The notes under the pieces: generated by a model | Database searches by the model: none | Told to the model about the DNA's origin: nothing | Seen by the model: only the letters and a program-made list of their open reading frames with translations | From: a virus | Lineage: Duplodnaviria; Caudoviricetes | IMG/VR virus record: IMGVR_UViG_3300037044_000261 | Location: 1 to 25,983 of that record | Strand: one strand, 5' to 3' | Length of the DNA stretch: 25,983 nucleotides | Translations under genes and position numbers: made by a program | Part shown: piece after piece, positions 25,861-25,983 of the stretch | Numbering within the stretch: the stretch's first letter is position 1 | Layout: the number at the start of each line of letters is the position of its first letter

Positions 25861-25983
25861 TAGAGCAGAATCCGATCAAGCTGTATCATATCCGCAGGCA
25901 GCGAAGTAGTTTTCGCATTCGGCGGGCTTGAAGATGTCGGCACAGGCTTGGAGCGCGCTCATCAAGCCGGCGACAGTGCGCTC
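25861..25983 (-). mobile_element. IS630 family insertion sequence, downstream end (partial)
   Basis: TAGAGCAGAATCCGATCA abuts the transposase stop; the terminal TA fits the IS630 TA target duplication. Confidence 0.78.
25876..25983 (-). CDS. IS630 family transposase, C-terminal 35 aa (5' part outside window)
   Basis: Manual translation ERTVAGLMSALQACADIFKPAECENYFAACGYDTA* matches the IS630 C-terminal pattern F.P.EC.NYF..CGY. Too short for the supplied ORF track. Confidence 0.85.
   Translation of the reverse strand, partial: ERTVAGLMSALQACADIFKPAECENYFAACGYDTA

Overview
This high-GC, alphaproteobacterial-looking window holds one compact, apparently intact + strand siphovirus-type morphogenesis and lysis operon (2664-25681). 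Gene order: large terminase, portal, prohead protease/scaffold, major capsid, small capsid-associated protein, adaptor, neck and terminator proteins, tail tube, a -1 frameshifted tail chaperone pair, short tape measure, an RcGTA-like tail-tip block (GTA TIM-barrel fused to a distal-tail domain, DUF2460, DUF2163, NlpC/P60, tail tip), an Mtd_N-type fibre, an SGNH esterase, an RlpA-like protein, a putative glycosyltransferase, a GH108 endolysin and two holin-like genes. I can see no integrase, repressor, replication gene or small terminase. The operon is flanked by a divergent TPR-glycosyltransferase with a duplicated promoter-like element on the left and an IS630 end on the right. The best candidate for an undescribed system is a domesticated, GTA-like particle pairing a non-RcGTA head with a rearranged RcGTA-type tail tip and several glycan-active enzymes. 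A truncated prophage cannot be excluded from this window alone. All family calls come from motif recognition by eye, not database searches.
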